In this document: positions 36,917-49,587 of the stretch, in pieces
Numbering within the stretch: the stretch's first letter is position 1
Layout: each line of letters opens with the position of its first letter
Assembly: GCA_965603825.1 (NCBI GenBank)
Contig: CBFDEM010000018.1
Coordinates: 310,001 to 374,000 of the forward strand
Length of the DNA: 64,000 nt
Direction of reading: 5' to 3'
Source: Blepharisma stoltei ATCC 30299
Taxonomy: Eukaryota > Protista > Ciliophora
Program-made: the position numbers and the translations under genes
Notes under the pieces: model-generated
Databases searched by the model: none
Told to the model about the DNA's origin: nothing
What the model saw: only the letters and a program-made list of their open reading frames with translations

Positions 36917-38572
36917 TTATATTTTTGGACCTGCAGCTTTAGTTTCTTTAGAAGATCCAGCTTCGTATTTCTTGAAGTTTTCGACAAATTGGCCTGCAAG
37001 TTTCTTCAAGGTTTGGTCATATTCGTCTTTATTTGCCCAAGTATTCTTTGGAGTAAGAATATGTGGATCAACGCCTGGGCAACTTTGAGGGACATGGAGT
37101 CCAAAGATAGGGAGAGGTGATGTTGGAACATTGTCAAGTTCTCCAGCATGGATGGCGTCAAGAATTCTTCTTGTGACTTTAAGATCCATTCTCTTGCCAA
37201 CTCCGTATTTTCCACCAGACCAGCCAGTGTTAATGAGCCAAGTTGTGGCACCGTGCTTTCTTAATTTAGAAGCAAGCAATTCAGCGTATACAGATGGGTG
37301 AAGTGGTAAGAAAGCTTCTCCAAAGCAAGCTGAAAAGGTTGATTCAGGGTCTTTAATTCCGACTTCAGTTCCTGCAACTTTAGCAGTATATCCACTGATG
37401 AAGTGGTACATAGATTGTTCTGGTGTCAATTTAGAGACTGGTGGAAGTACTCCTGAGGCATCACAAGTCAAGAAAATGACATTCTTTGGATGTCCTCCAA
37501 TAGCTGGAAGTTTTACGTTAGGAATGAACTCAAGAGGGTAGGAAAGTCTTGTATTTTCTGTCAATGAGACATTAGAAAAGTCAACTTCTCTAGTGCCTTG
37601 TCTGAAGCAGACGTTTTCAAGAACAGACCCGAACCTAACAGCATCATAGATTTCTGGCTCTTTTTCTCTGCTTAAAAAGATGCATTTTGCATAGCAACCT
37701 CCTTCGATGTTGAAAATTCCTTCGTCAGTCCAACAGTGCTCGTCATCTCCAATAAGTCTTCTGTGTGGGTCGGCACTGAGGGTGGTTTTTCCTGTTCCTG
37801 AAAGTCCGAATAACAAAGTTGTATCACCTTTTGGTCCTTCATTAGCTGAAGCGTGGAGGGAAACAACTCCGTATTTCTTTGGCATCACATAGTGCATAAC
37901 TCCAAATAGACCCTTCTTCATTTCACCAGCATATTGGCTTCCAAGGATAACCAATTTTTGGTCTTTGAAATTGACATTAACGGAAGTCTGTGAGGTGACA
38001 CCTTCAACATGGGTGTCAGCTGGGAATTCTCCTGCATTTAGGACGTGGTAATCGATATGATCGAAGTCCTTAGCAAGCTCTTCTTCAGTTGGGCGGATCA
38101 GCATGTTGTGCATGAAAAGGGCATGGTAAGCTCTTGTGCAGATAATTCTGACCTTAAGTCTGTATTTTGGATCCCAACCAATGTATCCATCAACCACATA
38201 GAGGTATGGTCTATTGTTTAAATAGTCAATAGCTCTCTGCTTGTTAATCTCATATGAAGCTTCAGACAGAGGGATGTTGACCTTTCCCCACCAAATGTCT
38301 TTTTCTGTGGTCTCTTCTTTGACAACACGCTTTTCCTTTGGTGAACGCCCAGTTGCTGATGCTGAATAAGCACAAAGAGCTCCTGTGCTAGACATAGTAG
38401 TTGGAAGAGTATATGGATTTGCTGGCTCTTTACCTAAGCACATCTCATAATATTCAGGAACCATGAGGTTGCGGTAAATGTGCCTGTTCACGATTCCAAG
38501 CTTTTTCAAGTCAGGATGGCCTGTAAAGTCATGGACTTTAGCCGTAAAAGATCGACTTATGCGTCCCAGCAT
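36917..38572 (-). CDS. pckA: Phosphoenolpyruvate carboxykinase (ATP)
   Basis: TGRSPKEK, YAGEMKKG, FGLSGTGKTTLS, LIGDDEHCW, NIEGGCYAK. Confidence 0.97.
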   Translation of the reverse strand: MLGRISRSFTAKVHDFTGHPDLKKLGIVNRHIYRNLMVPEYYEMCLGKEPANPYTLPTTMSSTGALCAYSASATGRSPKEKRVVKEETTEKDIWWGKVNIPLSEASYEINKQRAIDYLNNRPYLYVVDGYIGWDPKYRLKVRIICTRAYHALFMHNMLIRPTEEELAKDFDHIDYHVLNAGEFPADTHVEGVTSQTSVNVNFKDQKLVILGSQYAGEMKKGLFGVMHYVMPKKYGVVSLHASANEGPKGDTTLLFGLSGTGKTTLSADPHRRLIGDDEHCWTDEGIFNIEGGCYAKCIFLSREKEPEIYDAVRFGSVLENVCFRQGTREVDFSNVSLTENTRLSYPLEFIPNVKLPAIGGHPKNVIFLTCDASGVLPPVSKLTPEQSMYHFISGYTAKVAGTEVGIKDPESTFSACFGEAFLPLHPSVYAELLASKLRKHGATTWLINTGWSGGKYGVGKRMDLKVTRRILDAIHAGELDNVPTSPLPIFGLHVPQSCPGVDPHILTPKNTWANKDEYDQTLKKLAGQFVENFKKYEAGSSKETKAAGPKI

Positions 38573-39388
38573 ATTTATTTATTCGTGGATAAGAGAGTAA
38601 GTATTATTGGTGGATGAGATTAAATATGGGTCAATGACTATCCTGGACAAAGATTTTTTGTAAAAATCTTGTAATTTGTAAGAAAGTAAAATAGAATTAT
38701 TAGAATATTCGAAAATGGAATTATGATTTTATATGAAACCTTTTTGAGAAGGAGGTAGCTATTCTGTTGGATTTGGAAAAATAGGTATATATTTTGGATA
38801 TCAATAATTAAGTATTTTTGATTAAAAACTAGAAATAAATTATTCTAAATTGATTGTTAATTGACGATAATTGCACACAAAGTTGACTTGAAATGTGACA
38901 TTTATTTTGAGACATTACTGATTAAAAATATCTCAGAAAATGTGGAATTTCGATAAAAGAAAAGGTAAAGGTATAAATTGTATAGGAAAATGATCAAATA
39001 TTCGGTTCAAAAATTTAATAAAGCAGTTTTACTAATATTTCATTAATTTCCCCATAAAGTTAAGCTCAACTAGTGATTTTAATTGATTAAAAACTCTAAT
39101 TACTAAAAAGATATGCAAGCTTAGTTTAAAGGAATAACGCCTATTCTTTATCGAATTTAAAATGCTTGAATTAATTGGCATTAAATTTTTAAATATTTTA
39201 CTTACAATAACAAATCACAATTTGTGAGAAACTGCATGCAGGTTATTAGCGTAAAACGGTCCCCCAAACGCCTATAATTAGACTTAAAGAGTCTCTATTA
39301 TTCTTAGCTATATAAATGCGGATTTGCTTACAATTCAAATCTTATTTCGCCTTGCTAACTAAAATCCTCCATTTTAATAATTTTACAT

Positions 39389-41092
39389 TTAAGAGCCTTT
39401 ACTGTATTTTTTCTTCATCCTACTCGCACTCAAAATTAATTTTTTCATCTCTTCTTTTTCAATCCAATATTTCAAATACACAACTTTTTGTTTTTTCCTT
39501 ATCCTTCCCCACAATTCTTGTATTGCTTCCTTCATATGTTCATTAAGAACTTTATTTCTTAAGCTTTCAGGGATATTTAAAAGTTTTCCTGATGCTTGTT
39601 TTCTTTTCTTTTTCTTGACTTTTGAGCCTGCAAGCTGAGATATCATTTCTTCAAGGACGTCATTCCATTTTTCTATTAATTGTTTGTATTTTGAATTATA
39701 TGACTCTAAGCTTTTTTTCCATGCAGCTTTTATTTTTAAAACACATTGTATGTAATAAACAAAGTGGCTTGGAACCAGCTCTTTTGTGGCAATTTCTTTG
39801 ATACATGACGCAATATTTCTTTTAGAAATTTTCATAACTAATGGGCCACCTAATAGAAACATTAGCCGCAGCTGATTTTTAGCCAAAGCAACTTGACGAG
39901 TCTTGATATCAAAACCAGATGGGAATTTTGATCTAAAACATCTTTGAATTTTATTGGCCTTTATATGCAAAAGTTTATATCTCTGTATTTTCTTCTTGAG
40001 ATCTTCATATAAAGATTGCCAAGTCACAAGCCCATGGGCCGAATAAATCAAAGTAAATCAAGTTTTTTCAAAAAATTCCTTTCTTGAAATAATGTTTTGT
40101 ATTTGCTGGGCTTTTTTTTCTGCAATAATCCTCATTTCTTTTCTCAATAAAACGGATTTTTTCATCATATCTTTATCCTCATCTTGCTGACTTTTTCTTT
40201 TATGAACTTCAAGCCTGTGCTTTTCTCTTTCTTTGATTTTTCCTAATATATCACTTTGATTCATAGGAGTAATATTTGCTAATGACCTATTAAATTCCAC
40301 ATAATTTTGCCTTTGCTCATTTCTCCTTTTTTCGAGTATTGATTGCACTCTAAATTCAAATTCAGCTCTTAGCTCTGGATTGGCTTTAATTCTTTGTATT
40401 TCTTTCATATATGAAGGCATAAACACTTTTTTATAAATTTGTTTAGTGGTGCCTTGATGTTTGACACCTGGCTTATTCTCATTTCCAAATTTTATCTCGA
40501 CTTTGAATCTTGCATCAATAATTGCTTTAACCCCGATGAAGCATTTTCTTTCAACAAAATTCGAATGCCGCCCTATTATTTCTAGCAAATCAGTGACTGA
40601 GTGATACTCATAAACATCTGCAGTTGGCTTTACATTTTTAAATGATGCAAAAATTTCTAAGCGGCCTTTTTCTCTTTCTATTTTAACTCTCAACGGAGAA
40701 GGCAAATCCTTAACTTTGACTGAGAAAAATTGATACTCATTAGCAGCGATAAATCCTTCAGGGGATTCTCCTTCTTCCACATCAATGAATTGGCTTGAAA
40801 ATTTTTTTTCGTTGCACACTATATTTAGTTTTTGAATTAAATCGTCAAATTGTTTTCCATAAAAATTCAGAGGAAGTGATTCCTTTAATTTAGGCATTTT
40901 GGATTTAATTGAATATTTTCGATTTGTAAACACCTCAATAAGCTTGAAAGGTTTTTCATAATGCTCATTTTGTTTTACTGTTAGTGTGCTTAGTGATGAG
41001 CTTGATGACATAGAAATCTTAGGCAACTCTACTGTTTTGTTTAAATAAAAAGTTTCATCTTCAAAGTCTGATAAACTAGAATGTCTTTTCAT
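39389..41092 (-). CDS. Hypothetical protein, 567 aa (beta-rich domain, coiled coil, IQ-like motif)
   Basis: ORFs 40058..41092 and 39389..40051 are in frame through TGA 40058; KANKIQRCFR IQ-like motif. Confidence 0.75.
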
Positions 41093-41235
41093 AAAATAAT
41101 TATAAAAATTCTATAGTCAAAGTATTGTAAAAAAATGCAGATATTAATCGCATGAAAATATAACTTGATTATTTGATATGCCTTTTAAAACTCATATTTT
41201 AAATATATATTCATTAGAAGTTTATTGATAGACAA

Positions 41236-43467
41236 ATGGCAGATGCAATCACCAAAGAGCTTGAGCCAATGAAAACAATTCTTATTGAAAGCTTATGTGA
41301 GTTTTTAGAAACAGGGGAAAGAGCAGTGAACACAAATAATGAGTACGTGAAATGGAATATGAGAATCAATGAACTCGCTGACAGAGTTTCAAATAGTCAC
41401 CTTCTATATGACTATTATATAAAAACTATTCAAGACTATACTATTAACGTTGTGAAAAATGATCTCATAAAACTGCAAGGGGAAAAATTATTAAGTAGAT
41501 TTGCATGGAGATGGGAAAATCATAAAATTTTAGTTTTCTATATAAGAAGAATATTCAGCTACTTAGATAGATATCACGTAAAAGACTTCAAAAAAGCTAC
41601 ATTAACACAAGCAGGGCTTAACATCTTCAAAAAAGAAGTTTTTGATGAAGTCTCAGATCTTGTCAGAATAGCTCTTATCAATGAAATCACAAAAGAAAGG
41701 GAATCAATTGCAATAGACCGAGACAGGCTAAAAAAATGTTTATTTTGTTTTGTTCAAATGGGGCTAAGTAACGCAGAAATTGTAAAAGTCCAAGAATCAA
41801 GTGAAAAAAGAGACAGGCTAGTATGAAAAGGAAACCCAGATTTAAAGTATTATGAGACTATTTTTGAAAAAACTTTTCTTGAAGACACAAGAATCTTTTT
41901 TGCAACAAAATCAAGCCTATATATCACTTCACTGAGCTGTCCTGAGTTTTTAAATAAAGCAAAACTTATTATTGAGCAAGAAGAAGAAAGGGCTGATAAA
42001 CTATTTGAGCCAAGCACCAAGCCAAAATTAATGAATTATATCATTGATGAACTTGTTGCTAATAATGCTCAATCTTTAGCAGATATGGAAGGCACAGGCT
42101 GTCTTGAAATGTTTAAGCACGACAAAAGAGGCGAGCTTAGGATCATGTTTTTACTTTTCAAAAAGAGAGAAAATACCTTAGAAAACATTACCTCAAAAAT
42201 GGGGCCTTATATTATCTCAAGAGGATCCTCTATAGTAGAAAATCAAGAATTGCAGCAAGACGCTATTGCATATACAAAACGCTTATTAGACTTTAAAAAT
42301 GAAATTGACAGCTTATTAGAGTATGCTTTTGAAAATCATCACCTATTTCAGAGATGTCGTGATATTGCTTTTCAAGATTTTATGAACAAATGTCCATTTT
42401 CAGCACCTTATATTGCATCATATTGTGATAATGAAATGAGAAAAGGGATAAAAGGGGTGTCTGAAGCTGACATTGAGCAAAGAATGATAAACATTGTGAA
42501 ACTTTTTTCATGTCTGCATGATCGAGATATTTTTATAAGAAATTATACAAGATTTTTAGCAAAAAGACTTTTAGATGGGACAAGTTTGAGTGATGATGCC
42601 GAACAAAGCATGATCGCAAAGCTAAAAGTTGAGTGTGGGAGTACTACAGTTAGCAAAATCGCAAATATGTATCAAGATATCGCAATTTCTGCAGAAACCA
42701 TGGCTGAATTTAAAAAGCTGAGCCACAAAGGTATGCCGCAAGGTGTTGCTTTAAATGTGCAGGTATTAAGAAGCGGGTGTTGGCCAGAGCAATCCACAGA
42801 AGCCTGCATGATACCACCAGAGCTAGCTGATTGCAGCAGAACATTTCAAATATTCTATGTAAATAAGCATCAAGGAAGAAACATCACTTGGCTGCTTGGA
42901 TTTGGACAATTAGAATTAATCACACTATTTGCCAGCAAAACATTTACACTAATAATGAACCCATTTCAAGCCGCAATCGTTTTGATGTTCAATAAAGGAA
43001 GCAGCTATACAGTCTCCCAAATCAGGGAAGCTACAAAACTATCAGAAAACACTTTAAAAGCAAATCTTATTATGTTTTTCAACCCTAAAAATAAGCTTTT
43101 TAATAAAGAAAGCAAGGGAAAAACACTGGAAGACTCTGAGACGATAACATTAAATGAAAAATTTTCATCGCCAACAATTAGATGTGATTTTACTCCAAAA
43201 AAAGTGAAAAAAATTGAAGCAAGCTCTAAAGAAGATGAGCAGGCTATTTCTGCGGAAAGAAAAAATATTTTAGATTCGGTGATTGTTAGGATTGCGAAGG
43301 CTAGAAGAGTTATAAAGCATCAAGAGCTAATTACTGAGGTTATTAGGCAGGTGGGTCTTTTTAGACCTCAGCCACCAATGATTAAGGCACAGATTGAGAG
43401 CTTGATACAAAGAGAATTTTTAGCTAGAGACCAAAATGATAGAACAACTTATAATTATATCCCTTAA
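41236..43467 (+). CDS. Cullin family protein, 743 aa
   Basis: IFSYLDRYHV, DRDIFIRNYTRFLAKRLL, EQSMIAKLKVECG, IVRIAKAR neddylation site, IESLIQREFLAR; joined through TGA 41824. Confidence 0.94.
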
Positions 43468-43614
43468 TTAATAGGATTTTAATTAGAGATTACTTTTTAA
43501 TAAAAATAAGTTTATTTATTAGTAATTCGAATTGATTGGGGCAGCTGATAAGAGTTATTTAATAAGAGTTTATCTTGATTAAATAAGGGAAAAGAAGGTA
43601 TATATTTTAAGCAG

Positions 43615-43878
43615 TTATAAAGACATTTTTTTTGAGTAAAATTTTTGTCTTCTTTCCAGTCTCTGTTGCTTTTTGCTCCAGGTTTTTTTCCACTTGTTTT
43701 TGTGATTAACAATACTAAGCACCTCATCCTCTTGATATTCTTCATCTACAACTCTTTTCTTTCTTTCACTTGCAATATTGCTTAAAAAGTCATCGACTCC
43801 TACTTCTTCACTTCCTTCAAGCTTGTATGGAGTATTCTTTTTTTGGGCTGGCTCTTCTTCGTTTTTAAGATCTTTCAT
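43615..43878 (-). CDS. Small hypothetical protein with a basic C-terminus
   Basis: 87-aa ATG..TAA ORF with coding-like composition. Confidence 0.6.
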   Translation of the reverse strand: MKDLKNEEEPAQKKNTPYKLEGSEEVGVDDFLSNIASERKKRVVDEEYQEDEVLSIVNHKNKWKKTWSKKQQRLERRQKFYSKKMSL

Positions 43879-44081
43879 CTAATAATAATTAATGGTAATT
43901 TTTACTAATTTTTAAAACATAATGCACCCCCATAATTTCAGACTATATTTATTTTAAAAATTTGAATTTTAATTATTTTTGATATATCTATCTAAGAGCA
44001 GCTTAACCCGCTTTGAATTTACCATTTTTGGAAGCACAATTTTAGCCATTAATTGATATTTTGTCAGAATATCGTAATAAA

Positions 44082-44555
44082 ATGAGCTCAAAAAGACAGC
44101 AAAAAATGCAAGAGAAAGAAGAAGAGCCTCAAAAAGATGAAAACTTTGAATCAGATGAATCATTTGAAGAGGAACAAGAAGATGCTCGGAAAAAAGACGA
44201 AAAAGAAGTTCAAATGCCCCCGCCGAAAAGAAATAAAAGCGCATATTTATTTTGGACACTTGAAAAGAGACCAGAAATCATGGAAAAATATCCAGGAATT
44301 GATGGAAGAGAAATTCTAATAAAACTTGGAAAACTATGGAAAAAAACGTCAGAAAAGGATAAAGAGCCATATAATAAAAAATATGTGGAAGATCGAGAAA
44401 GATACGAAAGGCAAATGCTTGATTATGAGAAAAAAGGAAAATATTATGATAATGAAGGACACTTGGATAGATCTCAGTTTTTCGGGAGGAGAAGAAGATC
44501 AAGATCAAGCGGCTATGCAGCCTTTGCAAAAAGAAAATCGCAAGCTGCTCATTAA
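44082..44555 (+). CDS. HMG-box protein
   Basis: PPPKRNKSAYLFW...LGKLWKK...KEPY...DRERYERQM; ATG at 44082. Confidence 0.92.
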   Translation: MSSKRQQKMQEKEEEPQKDENFESDESFEEEQEDARKKDEKEVQMPPPKRNKSAYLFWTLEKRPEIMEKYPGIDGREILIKLGKLWKKTSEKDKEPYNKKYVEDRERYERQMLDYEKKGKYYDNEGHLDRSQFFGRRRRSRSSGYAAFAKRKSQAAH

Positions 44556-44619
44556 TTTTAACTTATATAAATTTATGTCTAATTGATAATATATATACTG
44601 CGGCATTTTTATAAATAAA

Positions 44620-45612
44620 ATGGAAAACCCTCGAAGAAGTTCACGTCGCCGAATCAACGCTAAAAGAAAATCTGACATCGTATATTTCGATGACCCAAAA
44701 GATAAAACTCTCACAAATAAAGTCCAAACAAAAGCCAAAATTGAACTTAATGATGAAGAAAGAAACTTGCTTTACCCAGACAAGCCGCAAGATGAAAAGC
44801 GATTTTGTATCTGCAATAGAACAGAGCTCGAAACTCAAGGGCTTACAATGATTATGTGCGACATTTGTATGGACTGATTTCATGATGAGTGCATAGGTAT
44901 GACTTCTGAAGAAATGGAAAACCTCGACTCCTTTATCTGTCCCAAATGTTCAGGAAAACCATTTAAACTCCCAGTAAAAAGACCACAGCCAAGCAGTGCG
45001 GATATTGAAATCCTTCTGACAGCATTAGCAGAAATTGACGAAGAAAAGCCTAAACTCAAAAAAAGGCAAGTTGATGTTCAAGCTTCGACCCACAAAATTT
45101 CAGTATTTCACCTTGCTCAACCTATAAATACAGGAAGATATAATAATGTTATAGGCTATATCAGGAATGATTCTCATCCAAATCCTAATGAAGATAATGG
45201 AAATATTATTCCAATTACCCTTGGGGATATTGATAGAGGAATAGTCTGCAGCTCTTGGGGCAATTTTAAAGTTTCTTCGACACAGGATGGGAGATTGTTA
45301 GTATCTAAAGATTATTCGTTTAGAACTCCTATGAAGGATTTTAAGAAAAAAGAAGAAGAGGCTATAACTCATTCAGTCCCTGTTGCAGATATTGAAGTCG
45401 AAAATGAAGGAAATCAATGTATAATAAAATGTGATGATTCAGAAGATTTGATAATTCCAACAGCTGATTTTTCTTGCAGGCTTGATAATGAGAAAGCGCA
45501 AAGGCTGACAGAGCTATTTGGGATTGATTGCAGTTGGAAGAGCTTAAGAGAGGCTATAAATTCAAAGATCAAACATAAGCCTTCAATTCTGCTTAAAGTG
45601 AATGCAAATTAG
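44620..45612 (+). CDS. PHD-finger protein, 330 aa
   Basis: FCIC...MIMCDICMD-W(TGA 44875)-FHDECIG...FICPKC, the canonical PHD pattern with its conserved Trp. Confidence 0.9.
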
Positions 45613-46014
45613 GTATTATATAATAAAATAAGATTTGATGAAATTAATATATGAGCCAATATCAGTTAGGAAATTTTGAAAAATTTTGCTAGTTCTCTTC
45701 CATCACTTATTAAAGCAATTTATAGATTAAAGTTGATTCAATAGATAATTTTATTATATAGTAAATTTGCATCTGATTCTTAGTAAAACATTAAAATTAT
45801 TAAATAATTATAAATTCGAAATTAAGATAAATATTTAAGACTAAAATAGCAACGAGTCAAAACACATATAAATTTTATCGAAGCTGAAGCGTAGGAAAAC
45901 GGTGTGCTAAGGATATAATGTTCTAAAAATGATGCATAACTAACTGAATAAATTTAAAAATGTCCATCAATTTAAATTTCCTGATGAATTTCTAAAAATA
46001 AATTAATTATAATT

Positions 46015-46296
46015 ATGTCCATGTCACGTATAGATATTCTTAGAGATGATGCTAAATTTGATAAAACAGCTAGAATTTTATTTGATCAGCTTGATCGAAA
46101 TAAATCCGGAGCTTTAGATAGACAAGAAATAAGAGTAGCCCTCCTAAGATACTTCAGAGATAACAATTTAGAAGAGCCTTCTGATATTGAACTAAATAAA
46201 GTTTTAAAAGATATAGATCTCAGTGGAAGTGGAGAAATCGACTTTAATTTATTCAAAAATTCTCTTAGAAGGGTTCTTCAAGAAGAAACAAGATAA
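46015..46296 (+). CDS. Two-EF-hand Ca-binding protein (paralog 1)
   Basis: DRNKSGALDRQE and DLSGSGEIDFNL loops. Confidence 0.88.
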   Translation: MSMSRIDILRDDAKFDKTARILFDQLDRNKSGALDRQEIRVALLRYFRDNNLEEPSDIELNKVLKDIDLSGSGEIDFNLFKNSLRRVLQEETR

Positions 46297-46499
46297 GTTA
46301 AACTAAAGCTATAGCGATTCTTAATTTTTCTTGGTTAATAATTATGTTGAAAATGGTATAGTGATCTAATCAAAATAACTTCAAATTCTTCAAAATTTTA
46401 GAATCTTACCATTTATTAATGCTATGGTCAATAGATTCCAATTCCATTTGTTCCATATTTTAATCCATTAATTACGAATTTCGGATCTATTTAATAAAT

Positions 46500-46778
46500 A
46501 TGTCATCATCGCTACAGTCTATTTTATCTGACGAAGCTAAATTTGATAAGGCCTCTAGAACTGTGTTTGACTCAGTAGACAGTGATAGATCAGGAAGAAT
46601 TGATAAAAGAGAACTTGGAAATGCACTGATTACTTTTTCAAAGGAAGCTGGAATCAGTCCACCATCACAAGTGGATATTGATAAATCATTTACCCAGTTA
46701 GACCTTGATAGAAGTGGAGATATTGACTATAATGAATTTAAAGTCTATATGAGAAGACTATTGGAAAAAATGAAATAA
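46500..46778 (+). CDS. Two-EF-hand Ca-binding protein (paralog 2)
   Basis: DSDRSGRIDKRE and DLDRSGDIDYNE loops; colinear with paralog 1. Confidence 0.9.
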   Translation: MSSSLQSILSDEAKFDKASRTVFDSVDSDRSGRIDKRELGNALITFSKEAGISPPSQVDIDKSFTQLDLDRSGDIDYNEFKVYMRRLLEKMK

Positions 46779-47292
46779 TTAAATTTATTGATTTTTTTGG
46801 AAATAATATAGTTTTGAACATATTTGTAAAGTTAATTTGCATTAATTTAATTTCTTCTAAGCTTATATTTATATAGACATCTTTCTTGAATTTAATTCTA
46901 ATATTCAAAATGGCTACTCTAGTTGCTCAATAGTTTATAATTTCAGTTTTCAAGCTGAGTCTGGAACTACCAAGAGATCCTTAATTTTTTTCAAATATTT
47001 TTCTTGTATTTCAAGATTATCATCATGATTAACTTTTAAAATATAATGAGAAATAATTTCTTTTTATATCATTTGAAAATTTATTTAGGTATTATATATT
47101 TTAAGTAGTAATTTCTTAGGCCTCTCAGCCCCAACATAATACTCCAATGGTTAATGTTTAAGTAAAATATGAAATTGGATTCTAATAAATTATTTTACAT
47201 ATAAAAACTCAATTATTTCTTATAAACTTAAGATTCCTTGATGTAAATAATTCATAGAGACCTCTGCAATGCATTCTTTCCCTGAGTAATAA

Positions 47293-47634
47293 ATGGAAGA
47301 GAAATTAAAAGAATGCATTCTTCGTTGGAATCGAGTTGGAAGCCCTGATACTTTTCGAGACACAACAATAAGGAGTTTTTGCAGCCAAACACCACCTATA
47401 TCAACTCAGAACCCCGAATACCTTATTGCAAGGATTTCTGGCTTAACTATGGCTGAAGCTTCAGATGCCTTGATGTTGGCTGAAGAAATAAGGCATTCAG
47501 GAATAGAGAGAGTTCTAGCGAAGTTAGAAGCGCTCGGACAGAAAATTCCTTCTGTTTCTGTATCTAAAAGACCAAGAAAGACTAAAAAAACAAAAAAATC
47601 AGAACCAAAACTTAAAAAGAAGCAAAAGTTATAA
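47293..47634 (+). CDS. Hypothetical protein with a basic NLS-like tail
   Basis: 113-aa ATG..TAA ORF, more GC-rich than its flanks. Confidence 0.62.
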   Translation: MEEKLKECILRWNRVGSPDTFRDTTIRSFCSQTPPISTQNPEYLIARISGLTMAEASDALMLAEEIRHSGIERVLAKLEALGQKIPSVSVSKRPRKTKKTKKSEPKLKKKQKL

Positions 47635-48048
47635 AGATGTAAGTAAATAGTTAACTGAGATTTATCGCAAGCTTCTTGGTTTTGGTTCCCGTTGCAATTT
47701 TTTGTATTTCTATCTATGCAAATAATTTTTTATTATTAACTTTTTACTTGAATAGCCAAATGATGTTTAATTTATGCATCGATTCTAAAAAATTCAAATC
47801 GAATGGTTTTTTAAATGGGGATTTAGATAATATTTTTAACCCTAAAAAAGATTATGTATACCTATATACATTTATAAGCATGGTAAACATTTAACATGAT
47901 ATTATTGCTAATAGACCTATGGCCATTTTAACTTAAACTTAATGTGAACTCCATTTCAGATGCACGTAAAATTAATATTTTTTTGATTTGCAATACTAGA
48001 TTGAGTATCAATAAACTTTAACAATTTTAAACAAAATTAACTGCCTCA

Positions 48049-49587
48049 TTACGGTTTATTTGCTAGAGCACTTTTTTGAGACCTTCCAATAATATCTGGA
48101 GTTTCATTATATTGAGCCAAACTTTGCATCAGCCTGACTTCATCTCCATCCGTATTATTATAATCCCCACTAAATAGCCTAATTCTTGCAGCATTCTTTT
48201 CAGGGAGTAAATCACTCAACTGTCTCGAATAAACAACTTTAGAATTAGTAATTGTTTGATTCTAAATATCCCTTACATTTTCTTTTATCATTTTAAGTGT
48301 TTGACTTACAGTATTTTTCATCAAAAAAACACAGTCAATAAGTTTAGAATCAAAACTCAAAGGCTCTTTCCCTAATTTTTTTAAATTTTTTCCTGACCAA
48401 ATTTTAATATTTTCATACACACTTCTTATTCTCCTTAGCTTGTCTTTTTCAATTTCTATATCTGTAAACTGCTTTGCAGCTTCTTCTGATAATTTTTTAG
48501 CAGGATTATTTCCTTCTAGCTTCGTCATTTCCAACGAATTTATTTTTTCCAGCATTTCGTTATTTTTCTCTATATAATCCAATATTTTTTGTTTTGATTC
48601 ATTTATAGTCTCCATAAGATCTCCATAAGTTTGTTCCCTAGTTAGATATCTTTCAACCATTTCTTGTGCATCATTCAGCCCTGTGACACTTCTAACTTGT
48701 TGAAAAGCTTCTTCAATTGATGAAGATCGATCCATTTCACACTTAAGTTTTTTTTGTAAATAAATAAACCAGACCCTATGACACAAGAGCCCTTCTCTCA
48801 TCTGTAAAGCTCTCATATTTCTGTCTTCATTGGCTGCAGCTTCAGCAATTTCTAGCTGTCGATGAAATCTTTCGTCTCGTTTTCTTGAAGTTTCTTGCTT
48901 TTGTTTTACATCTTTTTCAATAATTTCTAGTCGTTCTTGAATTTCAGTTTTTTCTCTATTAGTATATATCTCCAAATTTTTTAAGGCTTCTTTGGTTTGG
49001 ATTTTGGCTTCTCTTGTCCTTCTTTGTTTATCTAATTCTTCATTAAGTGTTTGTTGGCCTCTTCTTATTGATTTATTTAATCCTAAGTTTCGCTTCTCTA
49101 GATTGATTTTTGTCATTTTCATTCTTTCAATGATATGCTCATATGCTTTTCTTGTCATTTCTGCGTCTTCTTGTTTTTTTTTGATATCATACAGCTGCTC
49201 TTCCATTTCTTTTGCTTCTTCTTTCATAGTATCTAATTTAAGCCCTGTCCTGGTTTCCATCTTCTGTATTTGTTCTAGCTCTTTTTTCAATTTTTCGAGA
49301 GTATTGTCATAAATTTCATTATTCGCTCTATTTTTATCGTGCCTTTTTCTTAAAATTCCTAGCTGTGTTGAGACTTCTTTTAATTCTTCTATTTTTGAAA
49401 CTTTTTGAGTTTCGTCACCTTGAGTAATTGTGCTGTTAAGGAATCGTGAAGCATCTTGAGTAGATACCATTTGGCGAATTCTGCGGTGGTTTGCTAGATT
49501 GAATGAAGTATTATTGGCGCTTATGGCTTCCTTTTTTCATCTAGCAGTTGCTGGGGCTGTTAAATCAAAAATCCCGGAGTTGTCCAT
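48049..49587 (-). CDS. Coiled-coil protein, outer dynein arm docking complex (CCDC151/CCDC63-like); one intron
   Basis: ATG 49587, one TGA, 15-nt intron 48262-48276, TAA 48049. EEAFQQVRSVTGLNDAQEMVERYL resembles the ODA-DC family motif (family call is from memory). Confidence 0.72.
48262..48276 (-). other. 15-nt spliceosomal intron GTAAGGGATATTTAG
   Basis: Removes an in-frame TAG; the frame continues 70 more codons. Confidence 0.85.
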
